A stretch of DNA of 64,000 nt, taken from positions 144,452,139-144,516,138 of the forward strand of contig NC_068982.1 of the NCBI RefSeq assembly GCF_001194135.2, read 5' to 3'. This document shows, piece after piece, positions 1 through 11,501 of the stretch. Position numbers and translations under genes: made by a program. A model generated the notes under the pieces. The model had not been told where the DNA came from. It did not search any database and worked only from the letters and a program-made list of their open reading frames with translations. Source of the stretch: Octopus bimaculoides. Taxonomy: Eukaryota. The stretch's first letter is position 1, and each line of letters opens with the position of its first letter.

Positions 1-578
1 ACCTGAAATTTTGGGGATTAGTTGATTACATCAACCCAGTGTTTCACTGGTACTTAGTTTATCAACCCCAAAAGGATGAAAGACAAAGTTGATCTCAGTG
101 GAATAATAATAATAATAATTCTTTTTACTATAGACACAAGGCTTGAAATTTTGGAGGAAGGGGTCAGTTGATTCTATCAACCACAGTGCTCACCTGGTTC
201 ATACTTTATCAACTCCAAAAGGATGCAAGGCAAAGACAACCCAGGCAGCATTTGAACTCATTAATGTAAAATGAAACAAATGCTGCTGAGCATTTCATCT
301 GGCATGTTAACGATTCTGCCAGATTGCTGCTTTATTATAATAATAATAATGACAATAATAATATTGGTTTCAAATTTTGCCACAGGGGCAGCCATTTTGG
401 GGGAGAGGATATGTCGATTACATCAACCCAGTGTTCAACTGGTACTTAATTTATTGACCCTGAAAGGATGAAAAGCAAAGTCGACCTCGGCAGAATTTGA
501 ACTCAGAACATAGTGACAGGTGAAATACCGGTAAGCATTTTGTCCAGCATGCTAACAATTCTGCCTACTCACCGCCTT
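1..578 (-). mobile_element. Three head-to-tail copies (first two partial) of a tRNA-derived SINE with a Nin/Deu-like central domain
   Basis: Repeated unit ...gttgattacatcaacccagtg...ggatgaaaagcaaagtcgacctcggcagaatttgaactca. On the minus strand there are A-box-like (ggcagaattgttagc) and B-box-like (gagttcaaattc) motifs and the CCTTTCATCCTTT..GTCGATAAA..AGTACCAG domain. Confidence 0.8.
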
Positions 579-594
579 GATAATAATAATAATC

Positions 595-659
<65 letters not shown>
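579..659. repeat. (AAT)n microsatellite
   Basis: Direct reading; gives the poly-Ile tail of ORF 552..1019, which is intronic. Confidence 0.95.
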
Positions 660-660
<1 letters not shown>

Positions 661-698
661 TAATGATCAAATTTGCATTGAAATAAAATATTACTTAC

Positions 699-1018
699 TG
701 TTTCAAACATTTTTACCAAATTGTGAACAGATTTGCGTGAACTATATCGTACTAAAGAGGCCAAGCTACGGCTCCGTTTCCCTATCAGAGTACTTTGTGG
801 CAGTTCTTCCTCCTCTTCATGGATAGTTCCATAATCCGGCCGACCAATCCGTGATGACAGGGATAAAGACCGATGTGAGTAAATTTTCCGGTTCTTAGCT
901 CTGCTCCTTGATTGATGAAAACTGCTCTCTTCTTTTTCTTTTAATGCTAAAATTCTTCGACATTTCGAAGCCATTGTAAATGTTATATGTAAAATACCAA
1001 AGTACAAAGCACCCACCA
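699..1018 (-). CDS. Coding exon of an unidentified protein (short hydrophobic stretch, then a basic/Ser-rich low-complexity region with EEEEE); may be the first coding exon with ATG at 974
   Basis: Acceptor ttttcatttctAG (AG at 1020-1019) and donor aca|GTAAGT (698-693). 320 nt = 2 nt + 106 stop-free codons (VGALYFGILHITFTMASKCRR...SVHNLVKMFET); the other two frames are closed. CpG/GC content is higher than in the flanks. In-frame ATG at 974 in ACAATGG context. Confidence 0.75.
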
Positions 1019-2043
1019 CTAGAAATGAAAATTATCTCCAACTATGCATGCAGGAACACTCACAAAAAGATATCAGACTCCAAAGCATCAGATATTTAAA
1101 CTATATAAACAAAAAGTTTCCAAAAAAAAACAAGGAATATAAAGAATTTTGGAAGATTTTATATACATACATACATACAGGCACACACACTCACTCACTC
1201 ACACACACACACTCCCTCACTCACATGCACACACAATTTTAAGAAAACTTCTAAAACTAACTTTTTACATATTCAAACATAGTTTGTTGTGAAATTTAGA
1301 TAGCAAAAGAAAAAAATTAAAAATACAAGAGCTTAGAGAAGCAAAATAGATTAATAGAAATTACTTTAAAACCAAACTATTGGAAAAGACATTGAGGAAA
1401 TGGGCTAGACTAATTAACTCCTTGAAACATGTTGAATAGAAATGCTTGAAGTTACAGCTGACAGACCCCCCACAAAAAATAAAATAAAATAAAGTACATA
1501 ACAGTTTTTACAGGTTACTGCACAAATCAATTCCATAGAAAACTTAGTTGAAAGATCAAATAGCATATGTGAAAACAATTTGTCATACATTATGTCAGAC
1601 AGTACTAGGCTAGGAGCAACAGAATTTTAAAAAAGGTATGATAGTGAAAAAACTAGGTAGAAACATCTTACTACAACTTAACAGGTGTCACCTGAGTATT
1701 TTTCAGTACAGTGCTAAAAAAACCTAGCAGCAGATAACTAAAGTGACAAAAATAGTAACTTTTGCAAATATAATTAAATAAAAGAAAAATCTAATGAGGG
1801 ACCAAAACAACAAAACAAAAGAAAAAAATAAACAGAAAAGAAAGAAGAGAGTCCTGATAAAATCTCCTCCCCAGCCAAATCGCCAGCTCACTTCAGTAGG
1901 AGCCCTCAACAACAGACTGGCAAGAGAGAGTTTGATGAACACAGTACTGCTTATGAAGTTACCACCTGATATTTATAAATACCATAGTAGGGTGGAAGGT
2001 AAAAAGATTCCTTAGCCTCTGCATTAACCAATGCTATGTTGAA

Positions 2044-2362
2044 TCTCTCTCTTTCTCTCTCTCTCTCTCTCTTTCTCACACACACAAAGACACACACACA
2101 CACACACACTTCTCTCTCGTAGTTACTCTTTCCTTCCTCTTTGAGCAGTAGCTGGCACACCCAATCATAGCAGACTTCTGTCTATAGCAAACCTGCTTCT
2201 CTAATATTCGGTGCCAAGAAAGTAAGTAGTATGGAACTTCTTAATGACACTAATGAATGAATGTGTGTGTGTGTATGTATGCATACATACACATACACAC
2301 ACACATATATATATACACATTATAAGCATACATACACAGATATATATGTGTGTGTGTGTATG

Positions 2363-2426
<64 letters not shown>

Positions 2427-2593
2427 TGCCACCACTAATACTAAAAAGGTAAGAAATCTAATGTCTTCTAAATTCCTGTGCTTGTGCATGTGTGTGTGAG
2501 AGAGAGAGAGAGAGGGGGAGGGAGAGAATGTGAAAAAATGTGGATGACAGAGAGAGAGAGAGAGAGAGAGAGAGAAGGAGAAAGAATAAAAGT
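2044..2593. repeat. Compound (CT)n/(CA)n/(TA)n/(GA)n microsatellite field
   Basis: Direct reading; runs into an N gap. Confidence 0.9.
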
Positions 2594-3198
2594 NNNNNNN
2601 NNNNNNNNNNNNNNNNNNNNNNNNNNNNNNNNNNNNNNNNNNNNNNNNNNNNNNNNNNNNNNNNNNNNNNNNNNNNNNNNNNNNNNNNNNNNNNNNNNNN
2701 NNNNNNNNNNNNNNNNNNNNNNNNNNNNNNNNNNNNNNNNNNNNNNNNNNNNNNNNNNNNNNNNNNNNNNNNNNNNNNNNNNNNNNNNNNNNNNNNNNNN
2801 NNNNNNNNNNNNNNNNNNNNNNNNNNNNNNNNNNNNNNNNNNNNNNNNNNNNNNNNNNNNNNNNNNNNNNNNNNNNNNNNNNNNNNNNNNNNNNNNNNNN
2901 NNNNNNNNNNNNNNNNNNNNNNNNNNNNNNNNNNNNNNNNNNNNNNNNNNNNNNNNNNNNNNNNNNNNNNNNNNNNNNNNNNNNNNNNNNNNNNNNNNNN
3001 NNNNNNNNNNNNNNNNNNNNNNNNNNNNNNNNNNNNNNNNNNNNNNNNNNNNNNNNNNNNNNNNNNNNNNNNNNNNNNNNNNNNNNNNNNNNNNNNNNNN
3101 NNNNNNNNNNNNNNNNNNNNNNNNNNNNNNNNNNNNNNNNNNNNNNNNNNNNNNNNNNNNNNNNNNNNNNNNNNNNNNNNNNNNNNNNNNNNNNNNNN
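2594..3198. other. Assembly gap (N run). Other gaps: 4080-4259, 9342-9902, 10568-10577, 23120-23129, 24704-24713, 37315-37414, 39868-39928, 51051-51060, 55138-55147
   Basis: N characters; most gaps are flanked by microsatellites or homopolymers. Confidence 0.99.
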
Positions 3199-3274
3199 AC
3201 GCCATAAAGCTAAACCCTTTATGGACGGGAAACCTAAAGTAATCCTACAAATCGGCCTTCACCATTTTTAATAA

Positions 3275-3330
<56 letters not shown>

Positions 3331-4038
3331 TTATATGTATACCCTTATCTTGGAAACAGGTGAGGGACTGTGATAAATAGGGCATCCAGCCAGAGAAAAC
3401 CAGCCCCAACAAATTAATTCTGTTTCACAAAGGATGATGATGCATGTGCATGTAAAAATAGATACAAATATGAATGTGTATACATATATGTGTGCATGTG
3501 CATGTTTGCGTTTGTATATGCAAGCATGGCTGTGTGGTTAACAAAGTCCTTTAGCAATCACAAGCCTGGGTTGACCAATGTGTTATGAGTGAAATTTCAT
3601 AAATAGAAACTGTATAGAGGCCTGTCATATATGTAAGTGTGTGTGTGTATGTATGTATGTGTGCATGCATGTACACACACACACATCTTCACATTGACAT
3701 GGATTGAGAAAAAGCAATATGTCCCGCTTCTTGGCAGCTCAATATGCAAATACCAGTGGAATAAAGTACTTTATAGGGTTAACATCAGGAAGACGATCTG
3801 GTCCCGAAAAGGCTCAACCCTCCCATGCCAGTATGGAAAAAAAAAAGAATGGAAAATTGATTATGTTTGTAAGTATATTAAATATCCTATATATATAAGT
3901 AAAAGATATGCAATAAATATAAATGTGTATATAAAAGTAAAAATATACATATATACATACATTATATGTACATACATACATTTTATATATATATATATAT
4001 ATATATAAACATACATACATTATATGTACATACATACA

Positions 4039-4079
<41 letters not shown>

Positions 4080-4284
4080 NNNNNNNNNNNNNNNNNNNNN
4101 NNNNNNNNNNNNNNNNNNNNNNNNNNNNNNNNNNNNNNNNNNNNNNNNNNNNNNNNNNNNNNNNNNNNNNNNNNNNNNNNNNNNNNNNNNNNNNNNNNNN
4201 NNNNNNNNNNNNNNNNNNNNNNNNNNNNNNNNNNNNNNNNNNNNNNNNNNNNNNNNNNNTATATATATATATATATATATATAT

Positions 4285-4866
4285 AAATGGAACAAGAATG
4301 TAATGGACAACAATGACAGATGGACGATACAAGGATGGACAGGAAAACCAGGACAGAACATTCGTGGCTTTCTATTCGTCAGTCAAGATTCCAGTTATCA
4401 TTACAGTTTCAGCCTGTTACATTTGAGACTGTTCAAAATTGGTAGGCCCCAAAAATCTAAGCTAAGGACATTAAATTTTTGAAAGAAAGCAGGCAAATTT
4501 GTGCGACAACATGGACAAAAAAAATGAGAAAACGGAGAAAATGTGAATTTTGCAAGTGAAATTTAAACAATTAACAGTTCTTTTGCTTTAAGTATTTTAT
4601 TTCGATTTTCACTGAGCTAGTGGTAAGAACAATGGGATACGTAACAGTAGTTTTGAATAAAAATAAAAATGGAAGTTTTAATCATCCGATGGACAGGCAA
4701 AAATAGCGATTCTCACTTTGAAACTGACAATTTTGAAAATCTTTTTAGATTACGGAATGCCCTGCTCTCTCATGTATCCATGTTTAAAGCTTTAGTGCAA
4801 TTGGATGAACAATACTTGAGTTATAAGCGCACAAACAGATAAGCAGAATGGGATTTATATATTAGA
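4285..4866 (-). mobile_element. Probable non-autonomous Helitron-like element; only the 5' end is visible
   Basis: Minus-strand start A|TCTAATATATAAAT resembles the 5' end of the Helitron at 9034-10210; CpG-containing body; the other end is lost in (TA)n/gap. Confidence 0.35.
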
Positions 4867-4888
4867 TATACATATCTATCTATCTATC

Positions 4889-4927
<39 letters not shown>

Positions 4928-5579
4928 ACATATATATATATATGTATATGTATGTATATATATGTACATATGTATATGTATATATATGTACATATATATA
5001 TGTATATACATACACACACAGACACACACATATATATATATATATAGGGAAGGGAATTGTGTGTATGTGTGTGTGTATGCATGATATATGTTTTAATTAA
5101 CCAAAGTGTAGAGACATGTTAATATATTTATTAAATGTATGCACAACTTGACTAATTTTGCCTGTTTCCATGTGTATATTAACTCATCTACAGAAGTGGG
5201 TGTAGGAAACTGGCTTATAAAAAATGCAATGGACAACAGACACTACTTATGCTCACTGGCATAACCCTATATTCAATGGGGCCATTATTAACTAACTAAA
5301 TAAAGTCGTATTGATAAAGCATGTTTGGAATATATGTATCCAGTATCCAATATCAATTGCATTTTTCTAACTTTTTTGTCTTTCTAAAATATTACAATTT
5401 ATTAACATATTTTTACAGGAAAAAAAAAGAAAGAAAAAGAACAGTAAAAGTGTAAAAGATTAAATTATAGAGAAAAAACCCAAAACTACGTAACCAAGAA
5501 AATTTTTAAAAAGCTTGGAATTAAGCAGCAAAAGATGGGTGGGACGTGGGGTAGCAAGTTGTACATCCCAGGCCAAATG

Positions 5580-6540
5580 GCATGTTTAGTCACACCTTGT
5601 TGACATAATTGCAAAGGTGGTGTTGTGGAGAATGGCTAGTGACAATCACTGCAACAACCACTCTACCTCACAGAGCTCATATCTCAGACAGGCTACAGTT
5701 ATTCATATTTTAAAGAGGAAATCAGTAGTGCAGGGTCTAAGAACATCTGAAGTCTCGACAGTGACTGGCACAAATACATAGTAGCTTGTTAGGTTACTGT
5801 TTTTGTTTATCTTCCTCTTTTTTGCGTTATGGACAGTGATACCCAATTTTGTGGCTGATGCAGCAAGTCTGGAGATGGAGAATGTGTTGCAGTATGTCAC
5901 ATCCCAAACCAAGGATTTGCCTCCCTAGTATGGGAAGTGGGTTATTCTGTCAGGGCACATACAACCACCATGGTCAAGACCTACTGGCTTCAGTTGTGAT
6001 GGGATGCCAGCTACATTGATGCTTCTAATTATGTCATTCAGAGTAGTGTGTCAGGAGAACTGACCCATGCTATGGCTGCAGGATAATGGATGCAGGTCAA
6101 ATTCATCAACTACAACTCCACAATGGCATTTGTGTGACTCATACACATGGAGACCAAGGCACTGGGCCACTCCAATACAAGTGTATTCATCATCAAGAAT
6201 AGTTAGGTTGATGAGGAAGGTACTGTACTGAGCCACGCATGACTGTTTGGCTGCAAAGCGAAAAAGAGGTAAGTGAGACAGTGCTGGTCCAAGGCTGTCT
6301 CAATCTGCCTGAAGGTAGATTTGAATTTGATACTGTCCCAGTTATAATGGACATCTATTCCGGGGGGGATGGCAAGGTCTTCAATGGTCCATCAGCCAAA
6401 ACTGACTCCAGTTCCTGGACCACAATGGGTTCAGTCATCCTGCAGAGTATCTTGCCGAGGTTTACTGCTGGAGGAGATTGAGGAAAAATGGGCCAGCAGA
6501 GCCAGGTTCACAATGGAATGGAGGCCAGGGCCACGAAATT
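5580..6540 (-). mobile_element. Degenerate CRE-clade non-LTR retrotransposon (zinc knuckle + restriction-like endonuclease)
   Basis: Translations LDDEYTCIGVAQCLGLHVYESHKCHCGVVVDEFDLHPLSC, WDVTYCNTF...KRKINKNSNLTSYYVFVPVTVET and WLLQ*LSLAI match the CRE C-terminal motifs HxCxCG..D..GxH.LSC, WDVT..DT, K..KY, FVP.AVET. Confidence 0.75.
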
Positions 6541-6899
6541 TAACAGATAGTTTAAACTGTTGCCAGCCAGCACTGTCAAAGTTAACAGTGCCAAAGAGTT
6601 TAACACAGTGTTATATTGTAACTAGCTGTGAAATACTTTTCCTCTCTCTTTGCAAGCTTTCATATGACAAGCAAAATTACTGGAGTTGTGAACTCTGCCT
6701 ACTACTCCACCAGTATCAAACTACTTTCCCATCACTCATGACATCATCTGCCACATTCACAATTCTTAAATATCTACTCCTCTTGGACACTATTCTTTTA
6801 TTTTTTTATTCTTTTACTTGTTTCAGTAATTTGACTGCAGCCATGCTGGAGCACTGCCTTTAGTCGAGCAACTTCAAAAGATGCACCTCACTAAATATC

Positions 6900-7360
6900 A
6901 AACCCAGGCTTTACTACACAATCAATTATTTATAAGCAAATACTGTTAAGATTTGAATGTCTTTAAACACATCACATGATACAGAAGTTTGAACCTTTCC
7001 CTAACAGAATTCAATGCTCTCCATTTGTTCTGCAAAGAAGATATTATCAACAAACAGGCCAACAAGAGAAGTAACATCATGGTCTGGTGAATCAACATCT
7101 ACAGGTGAAAGGCATTCAGCCAGCTCAACAACATACTCTTCTATAAGTTACTAAAGGGTTTCATAAGCCACAATCAGAAACAAGTCTCCACCACTGTATA
7201 TGGAGTCATCTCTTCCAACTCACTCAACCCCACACCTCTATTACTAACTCCACTATAACCACACAATGAACCTCTACCATCTACTTTCCAAAATCCACAA
7301 ATCTTACAATTTTGGTATCTTTTTGTCTTGGTCTGTAATTCCTCCCCACATACCCAGACA
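6900..7360 (+). mobile_element. Degenerate Penelope-like element RT fragment
   Basis: NLSLTEFNALHLFCKEDIINKQANKRSNIMVW resembles NLS..E..AL..L....DIIIKPADKG..VVW; LYHLLSKIHK resembles FY.LPKIHK. Confidence 0.7.
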
Positions 7361-8239
7361 AATTACTATCATGTCACCACTATATTTTCTATTTTGGGGA
7401 GAAAATTTCTCTATGATGCTGGAAAAAAATTCCATTTTAAACTTTTACCAGCCCTGACTTTTCCATTTTTGGCATTCCTTCAAAACTTCTCTTTTCTAAA
7501 TTAGGTGTTTTAAACATAGAATCTTAGAAATCCAGCAAGAAAACATTCAGTTCAGGAGTTCAGATGTATGGTCAGAGTTTAGGGTAGAAGGTTAGAGTTC
7601 AAGATTAGCATTACACAGAAAGAAGAAAATACTTGACTGAAATCAAAACTGAATGAGTGAATTTTTAAACAATAATAATAGTGAATGTATGTATTATAAA
7701 AGTATATATATACATGTACATAGCATAAATACATATCATCATTTTAACATTCACTTTTCCATGCTTGTCAGGGTCAGGCAGATTTTTTTGAGGCAGATTT
7801 TCTACATTCAGATGCCTTTCCAGTTGTTAACCCTCATCTGTTTCCAAGCAAGGTAATACTCCCCCATGGCCACAAGTTTTCCATAGAAGACTGGAAAGAA
7901 ACTCTGTGTGTGTGTGCGTGCGTGCGTGCGTGCGTGCGTGGAATGTTTATAAAGTTGACTTGGCAACCACTGGGTCACAGGTTCTATCTCACTGTGTGGC
8001 ATCTTGGGCAAATGACATCTTCTATAGCTTTGGATCGCCCCCCCCCCTCCACACATCTCATAGATAGAGACTGTATAGAAACCTGTAGTGTGGATTGTAC
8101 TTGTAATTCAAAACAAACAGCCATATCACATACTGTGTCATACTGACTCTGCTTCTGTATTACATTTAATTATCAATCACTTACACTTCATTTCAGGAGC
8201 AGATAATTCAGATGATCAAACAACTGTATACTCATTGTT

Positions 8240-9033
8240 AAAACCAACAGCAATCCACCTCTTTTCTATTACCCACCAGTGGGCTCCTGCTTTGGAAGAA
8301 TCTAGTGAAAGAAATGTTGCTGCCTTTGTCATCAACAAAACTCCTGACTATTTGGTATATGAATCTCTTATCAAAACTTCTTACTTGAAACTCCAATCAT
8401 CTCTCATGTCTTGGATCAGTAGCTTTCTATCTCATTACACTATAGTTGCATTATGTGACAGAGCTTTTTCTGTCCTTCATTCTATCAAGTCCTGTGTGCG
8501 CCAGGGTTCAGTTCTGTACATCAATGACTTACTTGCCACCACATCCAACAATACCTCTTCTTAAGTGGATGACACTATACTTCATTCCTCATTAACCATC
8601 CCCAACCATGCACCATCCACTCACAACTGATATGTTACATGTTGAACCTACATTGACTATGAACAGTGACCTCAAAAGCATCCTGATATACCAGCGTTGT
8701 CACTTTCAATGGCAAGAAAAATACAAATGCTATTCTTATCGAGAATAGCATCATTGCATCACATCCCACTTAATTATGAACAGTAATAAGCTGGTGCTCT
8801 CAATTTGGTCCACTTGTTGAGTCTCGAAAATACTATCCTTAACATAGCTAGAGTTGTGACCCAATAAATGGCCCTTCTCTTAAGAGCTAAAAGATACTTT
8901 AATTTCAAACAATTATTGTTACTCTGCAAAACTCAGCAGAGGTCTGCAATGGAGTAATGCTCTCACAATTGGGATGATGTTGCTGTACACACAAACATGC
9001 TAGACCATAACTAGAAAAGTGTTATATTACTTA
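8240..9033 (+). mobile_element. Degenerate Jockey/CR1-type LINE RT (5' part; split by a Helitron)
   Basis: SWISSFLS...CVRQGSVLYINDLL...*VDDTILH matches WISSFLS..GVPQGS..FINDL..YADD; downstream LLRAKRYF..QLLLLCKTQ.R..ME.CSH.W. Confidence 0.8.
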
Positions 9034-10210
9034 CTAGCAGAAATACCCGGCTTTGCCCGGGTTAAAGAGAATAATGAAATCTAAAAACGCCGTCTAGACT
9101 ACGCAACCCTCAACTGTTAGTAGCTACGATACCATATTTCTACATTAATAACTCTCCAATCCATGCCAGCATGGAACATAGACATTAAGTGGAATGCCAG
9201 TCTCACATCTGCGAAGGCCTTGAATGTTACCAACTGGGGACTATGTGTGTCGCAGTGATAATAAAAAGACTCAAAGGAGGTCTGCAACGAAATAATTTTA
9301 CTCAACACTTTGCAAGTGAATCAGTGGAGGCAAAGATGCGTNNNNNNNNNNNNNNNNNNNNNNNNNNNNNNNNNNNNNNNNNNNNNNNNNNNNNNNNNNN
9401 NNNNNNNNNNNNNNNNNNNNNNNNNNNNNNNNNNNNNNNNNNNNNNNNNNNNNNNNNNNNNNNNNNNNNNNNNNNNNNNNNNNNNNNNNNNNNNNNNNNN
9501 NNNNNNNNNNNNNNNNNNNNNNNNNNNNNNNNNNNNNNNNNNNNNNNNNNNNNNNNNNNNNNNNNNNNNNNNNNNNNNNNNNNNNNNNNNNNNNNNNNNN
9601 NNNNNNNNNNNNNNNNNNNNNNNNNNNNNNNNNNNNNNNNNNNNNNNNNNNNNNNNNNNNNNNNNNNNNNNNNNNNNNNNNNNNNNNNNNNNNNNNNNNN
9701 NNNNNNNNNNNNNNNNNNNNNNNNNNNNNNNNNNNNNNNNNNNNNNNNNNNNNNNNNNNNNNNNNNNNNNNNNNNNNNNNNNNNNNNNNNNNNNNNNNNN
9801 NNNNNNNNNNNNNNNNNNNNNNNNNNNNNNNNNNNNNNNNNNNNNNNNNNNNNNNNNNNNNNNNNNNNNNNNNNNNNNNNNNNNNNNNNNNNNNNNNNNN
9901 NNGATTGTTTCAGTTAGTGGAATAGTTTCATTTTTAAAGTGAAAGTATTTGACATGAGTGTTTTTGTTTCACTTTTGACACGTAATACTTAAATAGTGGA
10001 AGAGATATTATGCTGCCGTGGCCTCGAAATCTGCAAGAAGTTAAAAAAATTTTTTGACTAAAACACAACTGGAACCCTAAGTAAGGCATGTGTAAAATTT
10101 GAATGAAATTGGTTGCGTAGTTCTCGAGTTTAGGGGTTCACACACACAGACAGACAGACAGACAGACACACACACACACACACACACATTCTCATTTTTA
10201 TATATATAGA
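9034..10210 (-). mobile_element. Non-autonomous Helitron with internal (CA)/(CAGA) microsatellite; contains an assembly gap
   Basis: Minus strand starts with TC (10210-10209) and ends with CTAG (9037-9034); hairpin acccgg-ctttgc-ccgggt at 9045-9062; inserted at A|T with no TSD; excision restores the LINE reading frame. Confidence 0.85.
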
Positions 10211-10470
10211 TTAGCATAAAGTCACTCACAAACATGCTCCAGGCTCTAGACCACAAGCAAGCAATTTCCTCTCCCTCTCTTCCTTTTCTATTGTTACTAT
10301 AATAACCTTTGTTCCATGCAACAGACTGTGCTTATACCACCCTCACTCAGGCAGACCTGTTCCACTCAGCTTTCCTCCCACATTGTCCTTGATGTGTCTA
10401 AGCCCCAAGTTAAGTTCTTCCTTCCTAAAATATCAACATTCTGGAATTCTCACCAGATCTTTCCCAAAAC
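10211..10470 (+). mobile_element. 3' continuation of the Jockey/CR1-type LINE
   Basis: SIKSLTNMLQALDHK...YCYYN and KFFLPKISTFWNS resemble SLT..LQ.L.HRR..FY.YY and SFFPRT..LWNSLP. Confidence 0.7.
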
Positions 10471-10536
10471 ACATGTATATCTACATGCACGCATACAAAC
10501 ATATATACAACCATACACATCCTTCTATACATGCGT

Positions 10537-10567
<31 letters not shown>

Positions 10568-10689
10568 NNNNNNNNNNGTTCCAGGATTTTGAGGAGTGTG
10601 GAACCACCTCCTAGCCACAATTATTCCCAAGTCTACTCTAACCCATAGCAGCACATGTCAGGGTCACAGCAATGGGTTTAATTAGCATT

Positions 10690-10975
10690 TTATGGGGGGG
10701 AAAAAACTCCACATACAAATCTGTACTGCCTTGTGAGTGTCTTGGTAAAGAAAAAGGTTAACAGAGTCTACCTTGACAACAAATCAAGGAGTGGAGTCCC
10801 TTAGGCAGTCCGGTGCCCTTTTTTTACACTTCCAGCAATTCCAGAGTAGGTGGAGCTCTCTAGCCCTGTAAGGTAATTCACTTAGGAGAAGGCCACTCCA
10901 ATGTAAAACCTACAATTTGGTGGTTGCTGCAGGTGTCTTAGCCGACTGAGCGACAGCCTAAAGGGTGGGTTCAGA
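10690..10975 (+). mobile_element. RTE-clade 5'UTR-like fragment
   Basis: Motifs ggcagtccggtgccctttt, gtggagctctctagccctg and ttaggagaaggccactcc..aaaacc recalled as typical of RTE 5' UTRs. Confidence 0.45.
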
Positions 10976-11501
10976 TTGAGCAGACTGACTCACTTTAAAA
11001 TATTAAGTGCAGACAGGAAGAAAAGCCCTGAAGTGTCAAGGATCAGTTTACATAACAACTAGAGAGCATGCCACTCTTCCTCATTATCTTCAGACATGAA
11101 GAAACTACCATATCGGTCTCTCTGTCTCTCTCATATATACGGATATGCTAGTTTATACATACATACATACATACATACAAACGCACACACACATGCATTA
11201 AAAAATGCTCAGATACATACACAGAGATCCTACCGCCTGGCATCAAGGGCAAATATCTTTAGCATAGACTACTCAGATTCATCCAAACATTGTGAGTGAA
11301 TTTGAGTAAACAGAAACTGTACAGAAGCCTGTTGCACTTACAATTCAGAAAGAAGTCCAGCCTTGTCACACTGTGTCATGCTGATTCTATCTGAGAATTA
11401 CATAAAAGTACATGTATCAGTAACTTGGTCACTTTGTACACGTTAAATCAATGAGTTGGGTGCCCAGATGATGCAGCAGCTGGATGCTCATATATTAAGG
11501 A

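Noticed and set aside
1724-1965. Hydrophobic minus ORF and candidate exon 1892-1965 (GNFISSTVFIKLSLASLLLRAPTE|gtgagc)
   Set aside because: Ends in phase 0 while the 699-1018 exon starts in phase 1; hydrophobicity comes from a T-rich tract; no recognisable homology.
1048-5100. Many ORFs rich in HT/CV/YI/RE dipeptides or X (also near 23.3, 24.6, 28.6, 37.2, 39.7, 43.7 and 61.8 kb)
   Set aside because: Translations of (CA)n/(TA)n/(GA)n microsatellites and N gaps.
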